DNA of 26,876 nucleotides from an archaeon. Its GTDB lineage: Archaea; Iainarchaeota; Iainarchaeia; Iainarchaeales; JAAZKV01. Where the stretch lies: positions 1 to 26,876 of the forward strand of contig JAVHOV010000041.1 in NCBI GenBank assembly GCA_036170245.1, in the 5' to 3' direction. Positions 9,411-17,591 of the stretch are shown here, piece by piece (position 1 is the first letter of the stretch; every line of letters begins with the position of its first letter). Both the position numbers and the translations under genes were made by a program. The notes under the pieces were generated by a model, which worked only from the letters and a program-made list of their open reading frames with translations, had not been told where the DNA came from and did not search any database.

Positions 9411-9785
9411 TTAGTTTTTCTTATCCATTCCAAAATTCCAAATTTGCAAAAGTCCAACCATTAATGCAGCTGGAGCTGTCAAAGCAACTAAGTTTTGGAA
9501 AACTGCTGTTACTATAGTAGCTATTACTGGAACCAAAGCAACTATTTGCTGCACTGTGATTGATCCTATTAAAGTAACTGCTATTATAGAAATTAGGAAT
9601 TCATTTCTATTCTTCTCGTGAATATTGAACAACCCAACAACTAACCCAAGGATGATCAAGACTAAAGTTATTAGTCCAGCTGCACCTTGAACAATTGCAG
9701 GAGCAAACCAAGCAACTAAGCCCAGAACCACACAAAGAACTAATCCAATTAGAAAAGCTAATCCTCCTACTTTTTTAGCAACCAA
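9411..9785 (-). CDS. small integral membrane protein, about 4 TM helices, unknown function
   Basis: Four hydrophobic segments including GLVVGLFNI and APAA. Strong AGGAGGTG RBS before the TTG start. Confidence 0.85.
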   Translation of the reverse strand: MVAKKVGGLAFLIGLVLCVVLGLVAWFAPAIVQGAAGLITLVLIILGLVVGLFNIHEKNRNEFLISIIAVTLIGSITVQQIVALVPVIATIVTAVFQNLVALTAPAALMVGLLQIWNFGMDKKN

Positions 9786-9860
9786 AAATATACACCTCCT
9801 TTGAAAGAATAACTAGTTACTTAAATAAAATACTTTTCTTAACCAAAAAGTAATTCAAAA

Positions 9861-10796
9861 TCAGTAGTGAAAAGATTCAGTTTGATGAGCCAAAACAGCT
9901 TGTTCTATTTTTACTTTTTCAAGTTCAGTCAAACTCGATTCATCATCAAAACAATAAGCATTCATTAAACCCCTTAAGAAAAGAACTCTCTTCAAGGCCT
10001 GCATCTTTTTATTTACAGGATAAGATTTTTTTATTTCATTAATTCTAGAATCATTCACCAAATACTTTCTCATATCCATTTCACCCATAGAATGGGCAAG
10101 TTCCAAAAAATAACTTGGAAAAATTAAAGCAGAGTTACAAGCAATTCCGCAAAACCCCTGCCTTAAACAATAAAATGCCATATCCTTACTTGCTTCAAAT
10201 AATTTTGTTACTTGATAAAACTTTGATAATTCATTAATATAATCAACATCTTTTGAATATTCAATAATTCCAGTAAATCTCTCCCAAGTAACTATTTTTT
10301 CAAGCCAAGGAATTGGAATAACTGCCCTTGATAACCTTACATCATCATACAAAAGAATGTTTGCACTTGTATGTCTAAAAAGCATGTCAAAGAAATCAAC
10401 AAAACTTATTTCATCCTCAAGAACTGAACTTGGAAGTGAAACTACACAGTAATTAGTGAACTTTTCTGCTTCATTTACTCTTTCGATTATTTCATCAATG
10501 TTTTTTCCAAAGCATCCCGCTAAGAGAAATCCTTTTCCATTAACTTCCTTAAACACAGTCTCCATTATGGCAACTCGATCATCAAAAGAAAGAAATTCCT
10601 GCTCTGAATAAGGCCCAAATAAAAAAAAGCTCTTCACCCCTTTATTCAATAAACGCGCAGTAAGAGTTTTTAGCGAAAGAAAATCAATTGATTTATCTTC
10701 ATTAAGCGGAGTAAGCAGGGGCACAATTAGTCCGGAAAGATTTGATGGATGCAGAGAAATAATTTCTCGCTTACCAAAAAAACCAATCCTTCTCAT
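9861..10796 (-). CDS. DapA/NanA (DHDPS-family) TIM-barrel protein with a degenerate active site
   Basis: GLIVPLLTPLNEDKSID and LLAG place it in the family. GTTGE is GPYSE, PPYY is LPSS and GIKDS is GIIEYS. Confidence 0.85.
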   Translation of the reverse strand: MRRIGFFGKREIISLHPSNLSGLIVPLLTPLNEDKSIDFLSLKTLTARLLNKGVKSFFLFGPYSEQEFLSFDDRVAIMETVFKEVNGKGFLLAGCFGKNIDEIIERVNEAEKFTNYCVVSLPSSVLEDEISFVDFFDMLFRHTSANILLYDDVRLSRAVIPIPWLEKIVTWERFTGIIEYSKDVDYINELSKFYQVTKLFEASKDMAFYCLRQGFCGIACNSALIFPSYFLELAHSMGEMDMRKYLVNDSRINEIKKSYPVNKKMQALKRVLFLRGLMNAYCFDDESSLTELEKVKIEQAVLAHQTESFHY

Positions 10797-10806
10797 AACC
10801 TAACCT

Positions 10807-11487
10807 CTAATTGTTATTCATTTTTTTCTTCAAAATACTCTGTCTTATTGAATCCTTAACTGTGTCCCCAACAAGAACAGTTTTCATTACTTCAAAAACA
10901 TACTTGTCAAGAGAAGCTATATTTACAACCGGAAAATCAGTCAAAAGCTGCTTTACAGAATCAAAATCAAAATTGAAATATGCAAGTCCGTTTAATCTGT
11001 CAATTTTATTTCCTCTATCAGTTAAATTTCCTTCAAACAGAGCAAAATCTATTTTTGAGAATCTTGTAGTGTAATAACCATCAACCCAAACATCATTACA
11101 CAAAAGCAAAGCATCTTTTTCATTCAAATCTTTTTCTTTCAAAACTCTCTGAATTAAAACCTGCTTAAAAAATGAATCATTGAACATAGGGTCCTTTGCA
11201 AGATTTTCCCTATGCAGTTTTTTATCTTCTTCTGCTTTACTTTCAATATATAATTCATCAACAAAAACAAAATGCTTCTCATCTACAAACTTATGAAATT
11301 CCTTCTCCATCATTTTTTGTTTTGCTACAGTTTCATGATGTCCTGAAACTAAATATAATTCAATTTTATTTTCTTTGCAAAAATCATGCAAATTTTTCAT
11401 TAATTCTCTTACCTTAGAATCAATGGCAGTATAATTCTTGTAATTAGTCAAAAGACCCTCAAGCTCAATAAAACATATGTTTTTCAT
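10807..11487 (-). CDS. HAD-superfamily-like protein with motif I ExE
   Basis: MKNICFIELEGLLT (family hhhDxDGTL), LYLVSGH (motif II), a motif III-like Lys and LLCNDVWVDG (motif IV-like). Confidence 0.7.
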   Translation of the reverse strand: MKNICFIELEGLLTNYKNYTAIDSKVRELMKNLHDFCKENKIELYLVSGHHETVAKQKMMEKEFHKFVDEKHFVFVDELYIESKAEEDKKLHRENLAKDPMFNDSFFKQVLIQRVLKEKDLNEKDALLLCNDVWVDGYYTTRFSKIDFALFEGNLTDRGNKIDRLNGLAYFNFDFDSVKQLLTDFPVVNIASLDKYVFEVMKTVLVGDTVKDSIRQSILKKKMNNN

Positions 11488-11542
11488 AAAAGAAACAAGA
11501 AAAACAAAGTTTTTATACCCTACTAAAGTAAGCTATATGCAT

Positions 11543-11707
11543 ATGAGCAACTCTTTGGGATTATTTTTGATAGGAATGGGAATGGGAGTCGCAATGACCC
11601 AATTCATTTTCCCTCAACTTGGAGAACCAATAAGAGGATTCTTCTGGATTAGCTGGTTTATTTTAATACTTGCAGGAATATTCTTTATAATAAAAGCAGG
11701 AAACTAA
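11543..11707 (+). CDS. 54-aa two-TM membrane protein
   Basis: MSNSLGLFLIGMGMGVAMTQFIF...GFFWISWFILILAGIFFII. A TTTTTATA box at 11510-11517 suggests a leaderless start at ATG 11543 (or 11537). Confidence 0.7.
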   Translation: MSNSLGLFLIGMGMGVAMTQFIFPQLGEPIRGFFWISWFILILAGIFFIIKAGN

Positions 11708-11831
11708 ACATAATTTGTTAATTTTCTTTTTTTTCACCTAATTTTTCTTTTTTATTATAAATAAATTTTATTTTGGTTTTTTAGGCACAATAACCGAATA
11801 CTTATAAACTGATAATTCCTTTAAAATGTAA

Positions 11832-12998
11832 ATGATTCGAAGACTAATTATTGGAAAAGAAGGTTCAGAAAAAGAAGTAGTTCTAGTTGGAACTGCACAC
11901 ATCTCAAAAGAATCAATGGAACTTGTAAAAAAAACCATTGAAGAAGAACAGCCTAATGTTATTGGAGTTGAACTTGACAGAGACAGACTTGAACAATTAT
12001 TATCAGGAAAAAAATGGCAGGAAACTAATTTAGTTGAAATAATTCGAACTGGAAAAACATACTTATTTTTGTTGAACATATTCCTATCAAACATGCAAAG
12101 ACAAATTGGAAACCAAGTAGGAATACAGCCAGGGGCAGAAATGCTTACTGCACTAAAACTTGCTCAAGAAAAACAAGTTCCAATACAATTACTTGACCGA
12201 GACGTAAGAATTACACTAAAAAAAGCTTTCAGCGAAATGGGTTTAATGGAAAAATTAAAACTTGGAACTTCATTTGTTGGAGGATTCTTTGGAGCTGGAG
12301 AAAAAATTACTGTTGAAAAAATTGAGGAACTAAAGAAAGAAGATTTGATAAACAATTTAATGAAAGAAATGGGAAAACAATTTCCTTCAATAAAAAGGGT
12401 CCTAGTTGATGAGAGAGATTTATACATTTCTGAAATGATTAAACACAGCCCAGGAAAGAAGATTGTCGCAGTTGTCGGAGCAGGACACATCGAGGGAATA
12501 GTTGCACAATTGAGTTCTGACAAGAAAGTCAATTTAGAAGAACTGAATAAAATTCCTCAAACCAAGAATTGGTTAAAATATATTACAATTGCATTACCAA
12601 TTTTATTTATTGGAATCTTAGGGTACGCATTACTGTCAAAAGGATTTGAAGCTGCAATAGGGGTTTTAATTTACTGGATACTAATAACAGGAATATTTTC
12701 AGCACTTGGGGCACTTGCAGCAAGGGCACACCCATTATCAATAATTGCAGCTTTTGTTTCTGCACCAATAACAACACTTCACCCGGCTCTTGCCGCAGGA
12801 TGGATTAGCGGACTAGTTGAAGCAAGATTTAATTCACCAAGAGTAATGGATTTTGAGAACTTGCCAGAAGTATCTTCAATAGGACAATTCTACAATAACA
12901 AAGTAACTCACATCTTAATCGTTGCAGCACTAACAAATTTAGGCGCAATGATTGGAGTAATAATTGCATTCCCTGCAATCATTACACTCTTAGCATAA
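11832..12998 (+). CDS. TraB/PrgY/GumN-family protein with C-terminal membrane domain
   Basis: LVGTAHIS, VELDRDR, PGAEM, LLDRDV, LVDERD, VVGAGH, then TM helices with SAPITTLHPALAAGW. Confidence 0.92.
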   Translation: MIRRLIIGKEGSEKEVVLVGTAHISKESMELVKKTIEEEQPNVIGVELDRDRLEQLLSGKKWQETNLVEIIRTGKTYLFLLNIFLSNMQRQIGNQVGIQPGAEMLTALKLAQEKQVPIQLLDRDVRITLKKAFSEMGLMEKLKLGTSFVGGFFGAGEKITVEKIEELKKEDLINNLMKEMGKQFPSIKRVLVDERDLYISEMIKHSPGKKIVAVVGAGHIEGIVAQLSSDKKVNLEELNKIPQTKNWLKYITIALPILFIGILGYALLSKGFEAAIGVLIYWILITGIFSALGALAARAHPLSIIAAFVSAPITTLHPALAAGWISGLVEARFNSPRVMDFENLPEVSSIGQFYNNKVTHILIVAALTNLGAMIGVIIAFPAIITLLA

Positions 12999-13004
12999 AA
13001 AAGC

Positions 13005-13038
13005 AAAGTTGAAATGAATAAATTAATTCAACAACTTT
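13005..13038. terminator. imperfect hairpin between the convergent TraB-family and tRNA-binding genes
   Basis: AAAGTTG..TGAAT-aaatta-ATTCA..CAACTTT fills the gap between the two stop codons. Confidence 0.45.
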
Positions 13039-13039
13039 A

Positions 13040-13375
13040 TTACTCAAATCTAGTTCCTTGTAAAACACTTTCATCTACAAAATTTATTCTGTATTTTCCT
13101 TCAGTGTTCTTTGCCGCAAGAATCATTCCCTGACTTTCAAATCCAGCCAAGACTCTTGGAGCCAAGTTAAAAACAAAAATGGATTTCTTTCCTTTAATTT
13201 CTTCTTTTGTGTAATAAAATTTAATTCCAGCTAAAATTGTTCTTTTTCCAAGTTCAGTTCCAAAATCAACAGTCATTTTGTATAATTTGTCCTTTCCAAC
13301 AATATCCTCTACATCTTCAATCAAACCTGCTCTTAATTCTATTTTAGCCCAATCTTCAAAAGGAATAACCATCAT
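13040..13375 (-). CDS. stand-alone tRNA-binding OB-fold protein (Trbp111/CsaA/MetRS C-terminal-like)
   Basis: FEDWAKIELRAG, DKLY, RTILAGI, NLAPR and ESQGMILAA. GGTGA RBS. Confidence 0.92.
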   Translation of the reverse strand: MMVIPFEDWAKIELRAGLIEDVEDIVGKDKLYKMTVDFGTELGKRTILAGIKFYYTKEEIKGKKSIFVFNLAPRVLAGFESQGMILAAKNTEGKYRINFVDESVLQGTRFE

Positions 13376-13438
13376 GCTTCACCAAAATAATAATTGCAAT
13401 AAAACATTAAAATAGCTTATGCACCTATATTTTACTTG

Positions 13439-14317
13439 ATGTTTTCAAACAAAAACGCTTTACCTGAAAAGAAATTTTTATTTCTTGATATTGATGGAGT
13501 AATCACTCCGACTCACGAGTTCATTCCTGATATTCCCCCAAAGATTTCAAAGGAATCAATAAAAATTCTCAAAGAAGCAGTGAAACATAATTTCAAACTA
13601 GTATTCATTACTGCACGTTCATCAGTTGAAATAAGAACAAAAAACGGAGTAGAAGAGGTACTTAAAAAAAATAATCTTTTATGCGATTCACTGATATATG
13701 CTTCAAGCGGAATAGAACATGTTACACACGCACACGAATTTCATACAAAAAATGGAAAACCCCTTTTCAAGAACGGAAATGCAATAATCACAATTAAACC
13801 CGTAATAAAGCGAGAAACTTTTGCCCACTTGGATCAATTAATGCTTTACAAAATGTTTTTGGGAAATGATATTAGAAATGCACTCAAGTATGAAGGATTC
13901 AAGCTTCGTTCAGCAAGAGAAAAAAGATTACTTACTGATGCAAGATTCTTTTTTGAACTTCAAATCAATAAACCTTCTGAGCGAAAAAGAATGACTCTTG
14001 AAGCTAGAAAAATTGTAAAACATTTACACAACGCATTTTTACGAACTCACAAATATGGCAGTCCAGTAGAACTTGATGTAATTGATATAGGCGCAGGAAT
14101 TGCAATTGAACCAAAAGAAATGGGGAAACACTTAGGAGTACTAAGAGCATTGAAGCATGAAGAAGTAATGCCAAATGACAAAATAATTGCATATGCTTTT
14201 GGAGACTCAAACAGCGACAGATTAATGAAAATAAGAAAAGATATTGTATTCTTCAACGTAAGAAATAACAAAGGATTTTTGAAAATCTTGCGAGAAATAT
14301 TAACAGAAGAAAATTAA
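13439..14317 (+). CDS. HAD-superfamily (IIB-like) phosphatase
   Basis: Intact FLFLDIDGVIT, FITARS, GKHLG and YAFGDSNSD motifs. Confidence 0.82.
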   Translation: MFSNKNALPEKKFLFLDIDGVITPTHEFIPDIPPKISKESIKILKEAVKHNFKLVFITARSSVEIRTKNGVEEVLKKNNLLCDSLIYASSGIEHVTHAHEFHTKNGKPLFKNGNAIITIKPVIKRETFAHLDQLMLYKMFLGNDIRNALKYEGFKLRSAREKRLLTDARFFFELQINKPSERKRMTLEARKIVKHLHNAFLRTHKYGSPVELDVIDIGAGIAIEPKEMGKHLGVLRALKHEEVMPNDKIIAYAFGDSNSDRLMKIRKDIVFFNVRNNKGFLKILREILTEEN

Positions 14318-14349
14318 CTTTTAAAAGGAAAAATTATTTTTTAGGCAAA

Positions 14350-14982
14350 TTATCTTTCCATTTTATTTTTAATATAAGGCAATAAAGTTCCTTTTTTTTC
14401 TGCTTCTTTAATCAGCCCTTTAGCATAAATCATTCTCTGAACAGAACCAATTGCTGAAATTAATGCAATTAATAACAAAAAGTATTCTAAGTAATTGAAC
14501 CCTAGAACTGCAAGCAATAATCCAACTAATAATAGTGCCAATTTATCAGCGTGTTCTCCAATTGCAGGCCAATCCCTATTATCAGTAATAATAATCAAAC
14601 CAACTCTTGGTTTTGCATAACTTGATACTGCTGAAAATCCAAGTGCAAGCACTGCAGGGATTGAATACATAGGGATAAATGCGAATGAACCAAGCATTGC
14701 AAAATCAACCAACTTATCTATCATTGTTTCAAAATAATTACCCCAATTACTTCTTTTGTTCAAAGCTCTTGCAGTAGTACCATCAATCAAATCCATTGTT
14801 GGAGCTAAAATGAAAAAAACTAAAGCCAAAAGCCAATTTTGTTGAGTAACAAAATAAGCCCCAATTATTGCAAGAATTAATCCAAAAACAGAAATTAAGT
14901 TAGGATCAATTCTTAGTTTTATAAAAGGCCAAGCCAGAATATTTTGCAAAAAACCAATTTTTCCTCTTAACTTTGAAATCAT
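14350..14982 (-). CDS. CDP-alcohol phosphatidyltransferase family protein
   Basis: PNLIS and DLIDGTTARALNKRSNWGNYFETMIDKLVD (CDP-OH motif, third Asp replaced by Glu), SYAKPR, multiple TM helices. Confidence 0.9.
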   Translation of the reverse strand: MISKLRGKIGFLQNILAWPFIKLRIDPNLISVFGLILAIIGAYFVTQQNWLLALVFFILAPTMDLIDGTTARALNKRSNWGNYFETMIDKLVDFAMLGSFAFIPMYSIPAVLALGFSAVSSYAKPRVGLIIITDNRDWPAIGEHADKLALLLVGLLLAVLGFNYLEYFLLLIALISAIGSVQRMIYAKGLIKEAEKKGTLLPYIKNKMER

Positions 14983-15019
14983 ACTAATTCACAAATTAAG
15001 TAATTTTGTATAAGAATAT

Positions 15020-15078
15020 TGCCTCAGAGTTGGATTAACTAATCACTAAATCATTAGGGATTTACTTCATCATGGGCA
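15020..15078 (-). ncRNA. C/D-box 2'-O-methylation guide sRNA (double guide)
   Basis: Minus strand reads TGCC-C-ATGATGA (box C)-AGTAAATCCCTA (12 nt)-ATGA (D')-TTTA-GTGATTA (C')-GTTAATCCAACT (12 nt)-CTGA (box D)-GGCA. Terminal 4-bp stem, two 12-nt guides and a compensatory A:U change in D'/C'. Confidence 0.88.
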
Positions 15079-15099
15079 TTTATATTGTGCAACTTGGGC

Positions 15100-15118
15100 T
15101 TTAAAAATGTGGCTTTTT
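15100..15118 (-). promoter_or_regulatory. BRE/TATA promoter for the C/D sRNA, possibly also the downstream phosphatidyltransferase gene
   Basis: Minus-strand AAAAAGCCACA-TTTTTAAA with the TATA box 22-29 nt upstream of the sRNA 5' end. Confidence 0.6.
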
Positions 15119-15286
15119 AGGTAAAAATTAGAGTTTGTCAAAAAATTCCCAAAAAAAGAAGATTTAAATACTCTAATAATAAGGCATTATGTATCAAATA
15201 TAAAGAATAGTACCAAATCTTTTGAGATTGGTTATAACCTATTTTCTAAATAATTTGAAGGAAAGAAAATAAAAAAGTGATTAAAT

Positions 15287-16771
15287 ATGCAAAAAAGATA
15301 TGTAAATACAATAATAGAAGCTACTCAAGGCAGCACATTTGCCGGAGATGTAAAGATATTAAGAAAGGCTAAACCGGGCCCAGTAGTTTTCCAAGTAAGT
15401 GACGGTACAGCAACTATTGATGCTGTAACTAAAGAATCAGATTTCAATACTGATGATACAGTTTTTTTGGAAGGATATGTTACTGAAAGAGCAGGAAAAA
15501 AACAAATTGAGATAGAACACATAAAGAAATCAACTGCTGATTTTTCAAAAATAATTGATGAAAAAAGCAAACCAAAAGAAAAACCATTTGCAGTTAATTC
15601 TGAAAAATATAACACAATGAAGGAAAGATTTTACCTAATTGCAGCAAGACTAAGAAAAGCTGTTATTGAAGGGCAACCTGTTTTAATCAGGCACCACTCT
15701 GATGCTGATGGAATTTCTGCAGGAATTGCAATAGAAAAAGCATTGAATGATTTCATGATAGAGTTTGGAACAAACCCCCAATACAATTTATACAGAAGTC
15801 CAAGTAAAGCTCCATTTTATGAAACAACTGATATGCTAAAAGACTTGTCACTTGCAAAAAGACTAGTGAATGATTTCAGCCAAAAGAAACCATTAATTGT
15901 TATAATTGACAATGGTTCGACTCATGAAGACTACTTTGCATTGAAAATGATGCATGCACTTGGATTTGAAATTGTTGTGATAGATCACCATAATCCTGGT
16001 GAAATAAAAAACGGCAAAACAGAAGTGTGTCAATTCTTATCACTTCATCTAAATCCGTACATTTTCGGATTTGACAGCAAAATATGTGCAGCAATGTTAT
16101 CTTACGAAGTTGCAAGACTTGTAAATGATAAATTTGAAAACAAATTAATTCCAGCACTTGCAGGAATCAGCGACCGTTGCGAAGGAACTGAAATTGAACA
16201 GTACATAAAAAACAGTGGCAAAAGTATCGAGAACTTGCAGAAAATTGGAGTAGCAATTGACTTTGCTTCATACAATTTGAGATTTGATGCAGGAGAAGGA
16301 GTTTATGAAGAATTCTTTACAAATGAAGAAGTTGTTTCATTAATATTTGAAGAAACTTTAAAAGGAATGGCAGTACAACTGCAAAGCACAATGCCTTATG
16401 TAAAGACACAGGAGATAAACAATGTAATTTTATCTCACATTGATCTTGAGAAATACACTGTAAGATTCAAGTACCCTCCGGCAGGAAAAGTAATTGGAAT
16501 GGTTCATGATGAAATATCTGAAGGAAAAGAAAACCACGCAGTAATAACTTTAGGACTACTTTCCGACATGATTATTCTAAGAGCAACTAAACCAGTTCTG
16601 CCAATCGCTAAAATAATTAGCCATCTTCAAGCAAAAATGCCTGAAGCCAATATTGAAGGCGGGGGACATGAATGCGCAGGAACAATAAAGTTTGTAAGTG
16701 CACACTCTGAAAGAATACTTGAAGAAATAAAAGAACAAATCAGAACTCTAAAATTTGAACAGGAAGAATAA
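15287..16771 (+). CDS. archaeal RecJ-like DHH exonuclease with N-terminal OB fold
   Basis: GPVVFQVSDG OB fold; IRHHSDADG, RSPSKAPFYE, IIDNGS, VIDHH, YPPAGK and GGGHECAGTIKF. Confidence 0.9.
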   Translation: MQKRYVNTIIEATQGSTFAGDVKILRKAKPGPVVFQVSDGTATIDAVTKESDFNTDDTVFLEGYVTERAGKKQIEIEHIKKSTADFSKIIDEKSKPKEKPFAVNSEKYNTMKERFYLIAARLRKAVIEGQPVLIRHHSDADGISAGIAIEKALNDFMIEFGTNPQYNLYRSPSKAPFYETTDMLKDLSLAKRLVNDFSQKKPLIVIIDNGSTHEDYFALKMMHALGFEIVVIDHHNPGEIKNGKTEVCQFLSLHLNPYIFGFDSKICAAMLSYEVARLVNDKFENKLIPALAGISDRCEGTEIEQYIKNSGKSIENLQKIGVAIDFASYNLRFDAGEGVYEEFFTNEEVVSLIFEETLKGMAVQLQSTMPYVKTQEINNVILSHIDLEKYTVRFKYPPAGKVIGMVHDEISEGKENHAVITLGLLSDMIILRATKPVLPIAKIISHLQAKMPEANIEGGGHECAGTIKFVSAHSERILEEIKEQIRTLKFEQEE

Positions 16772-16790
16772 ACAAAAATAAAAATTAATT

Positions 16791-16833
16791 GGGAAGAAAC
16801 TAAAATTAGTTTCTTTTCAAAAATCTTTTTTTT
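16791..16833 (+). terminator. hairpin terminator between the convergent RecJ-like and PHP genes
   Basis: AAGAAACTA-aaat-TAGTTTCTT (16794-16815, extendable by G:U pairs), followed by T-rich sequence. Confidence 0.55.
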
Positions 16834-16838
16834 AAAAA

Positions 16839-17534
16839 TTATCTTTCCTTCATCCAATGTTTCCTTGCCATTTGAGTCTGGAAGTGATGCCAAAGTTTAG
16901 CTTTATTATTTGCAACAACATTGGTTCTGCACTTTTTTATTTCTTTTCTGAATTCTTCTTCATTCACTGCATCAATTTCGGTTAAGCCATTTCCAATTTC
17001 TTCAGGAGTATGAGCATCACTCACTCCAAGAGCAGCAATTTTCTTATTCACCATTTCACTATTAAAGAATTTTTCTGATTTTCTGTTCAGCCCCTGATAA
17101 TAAGCTCTAGCATTATAAATTTCCATTGCATCAAAATGCTTCCATTCCTTAGGAAAGGATTTGAAATTCTTTCTTGGCCAGTCAAAAGGATGCGGGCATG
17201 AAAGAAGAGCACCCTGACTCTTTATATCATCTAAAATTTCTTCAAAAGTAGAAGGTACTATAGGGTCAGTTAAGAAATATCCAATTACTTCCCCAACGCA
17301 TTTCTTTTGTTCCTTATTATTCAAAACTTTTACTTCTTCACCAGGGACTAAAAAAACACTTTCTTTTTTTGCTAATTGCTTGATGTTATTATCTCCTTTG
17401 TATGCAGCCATATTGTTATGATCTGTTAGAGCAAAACCGATTCCCTGCTTCTTGCACACCTTAACTATTGTAGAAGGCTTGGTTAAGGCATCAACGCTGA
17501 ATCTTGAATGCAAATGCAAATCAAATAACATCAT
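16839..17534 (-). CDS. PHP-domain metal-dependent phosphoesterase
   Basis: DLHLHSRFSVD, ALTDHN, PGEEV, CPHPF, EIYNAR and GVSDAH. Confidence 0.9.
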   Translation of the reverse strand: MMLFDLHLHSRFSVDALTKPSTIVKVCKKQGIGFALTDHNNMAAYKGDNNIKQLAKKESVFLVPGEEVKVLNNKEQKKCVGEVIGYFLTDPIVPSTFEEILDDIKSQGALLSCPHPFDWPRKNFKSFPKEWKHFDAMEIYNARAYYQGLNRKSEKFFNSEMVNKKIAALGVSDAHTPEEIGNGLTEIDAVNEEEFRKEIKKCRTNVVANNKAKLWHHFQTQMARKHWMKER

Positions 17535-17591
17535 TTATCACTTACAAAAAAGGTAAACTAAGTATTTAAAACCCCTTTTGAATCAAAAATA

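Noticed and set aside
11832..12998. TraB as evidence of a conjugative element
   Set aside because: This is the chromosomal TraB/PrgY/GumN family that is widespread in archaea. No transfer or integrase genes are nearby.
2810..14982. Repeated Asp-to-Glu changes in catalytic motifs (PIG-L, HAD, CDP-alcohol transferase) as a sign of codon reassignment
   Set aside because: The substituted positions use both GAG and GAA. Conserved Glu (for example TraB DERD, encoded GAG) and conserved Asp in other enzymes decode normally.
15062..15079. Five-codon minus-strand ORF (MPMMK) as a leader peptide
   Set aside because: Its ATGATGA is box C of the sRNA, which explains the whole segment better.
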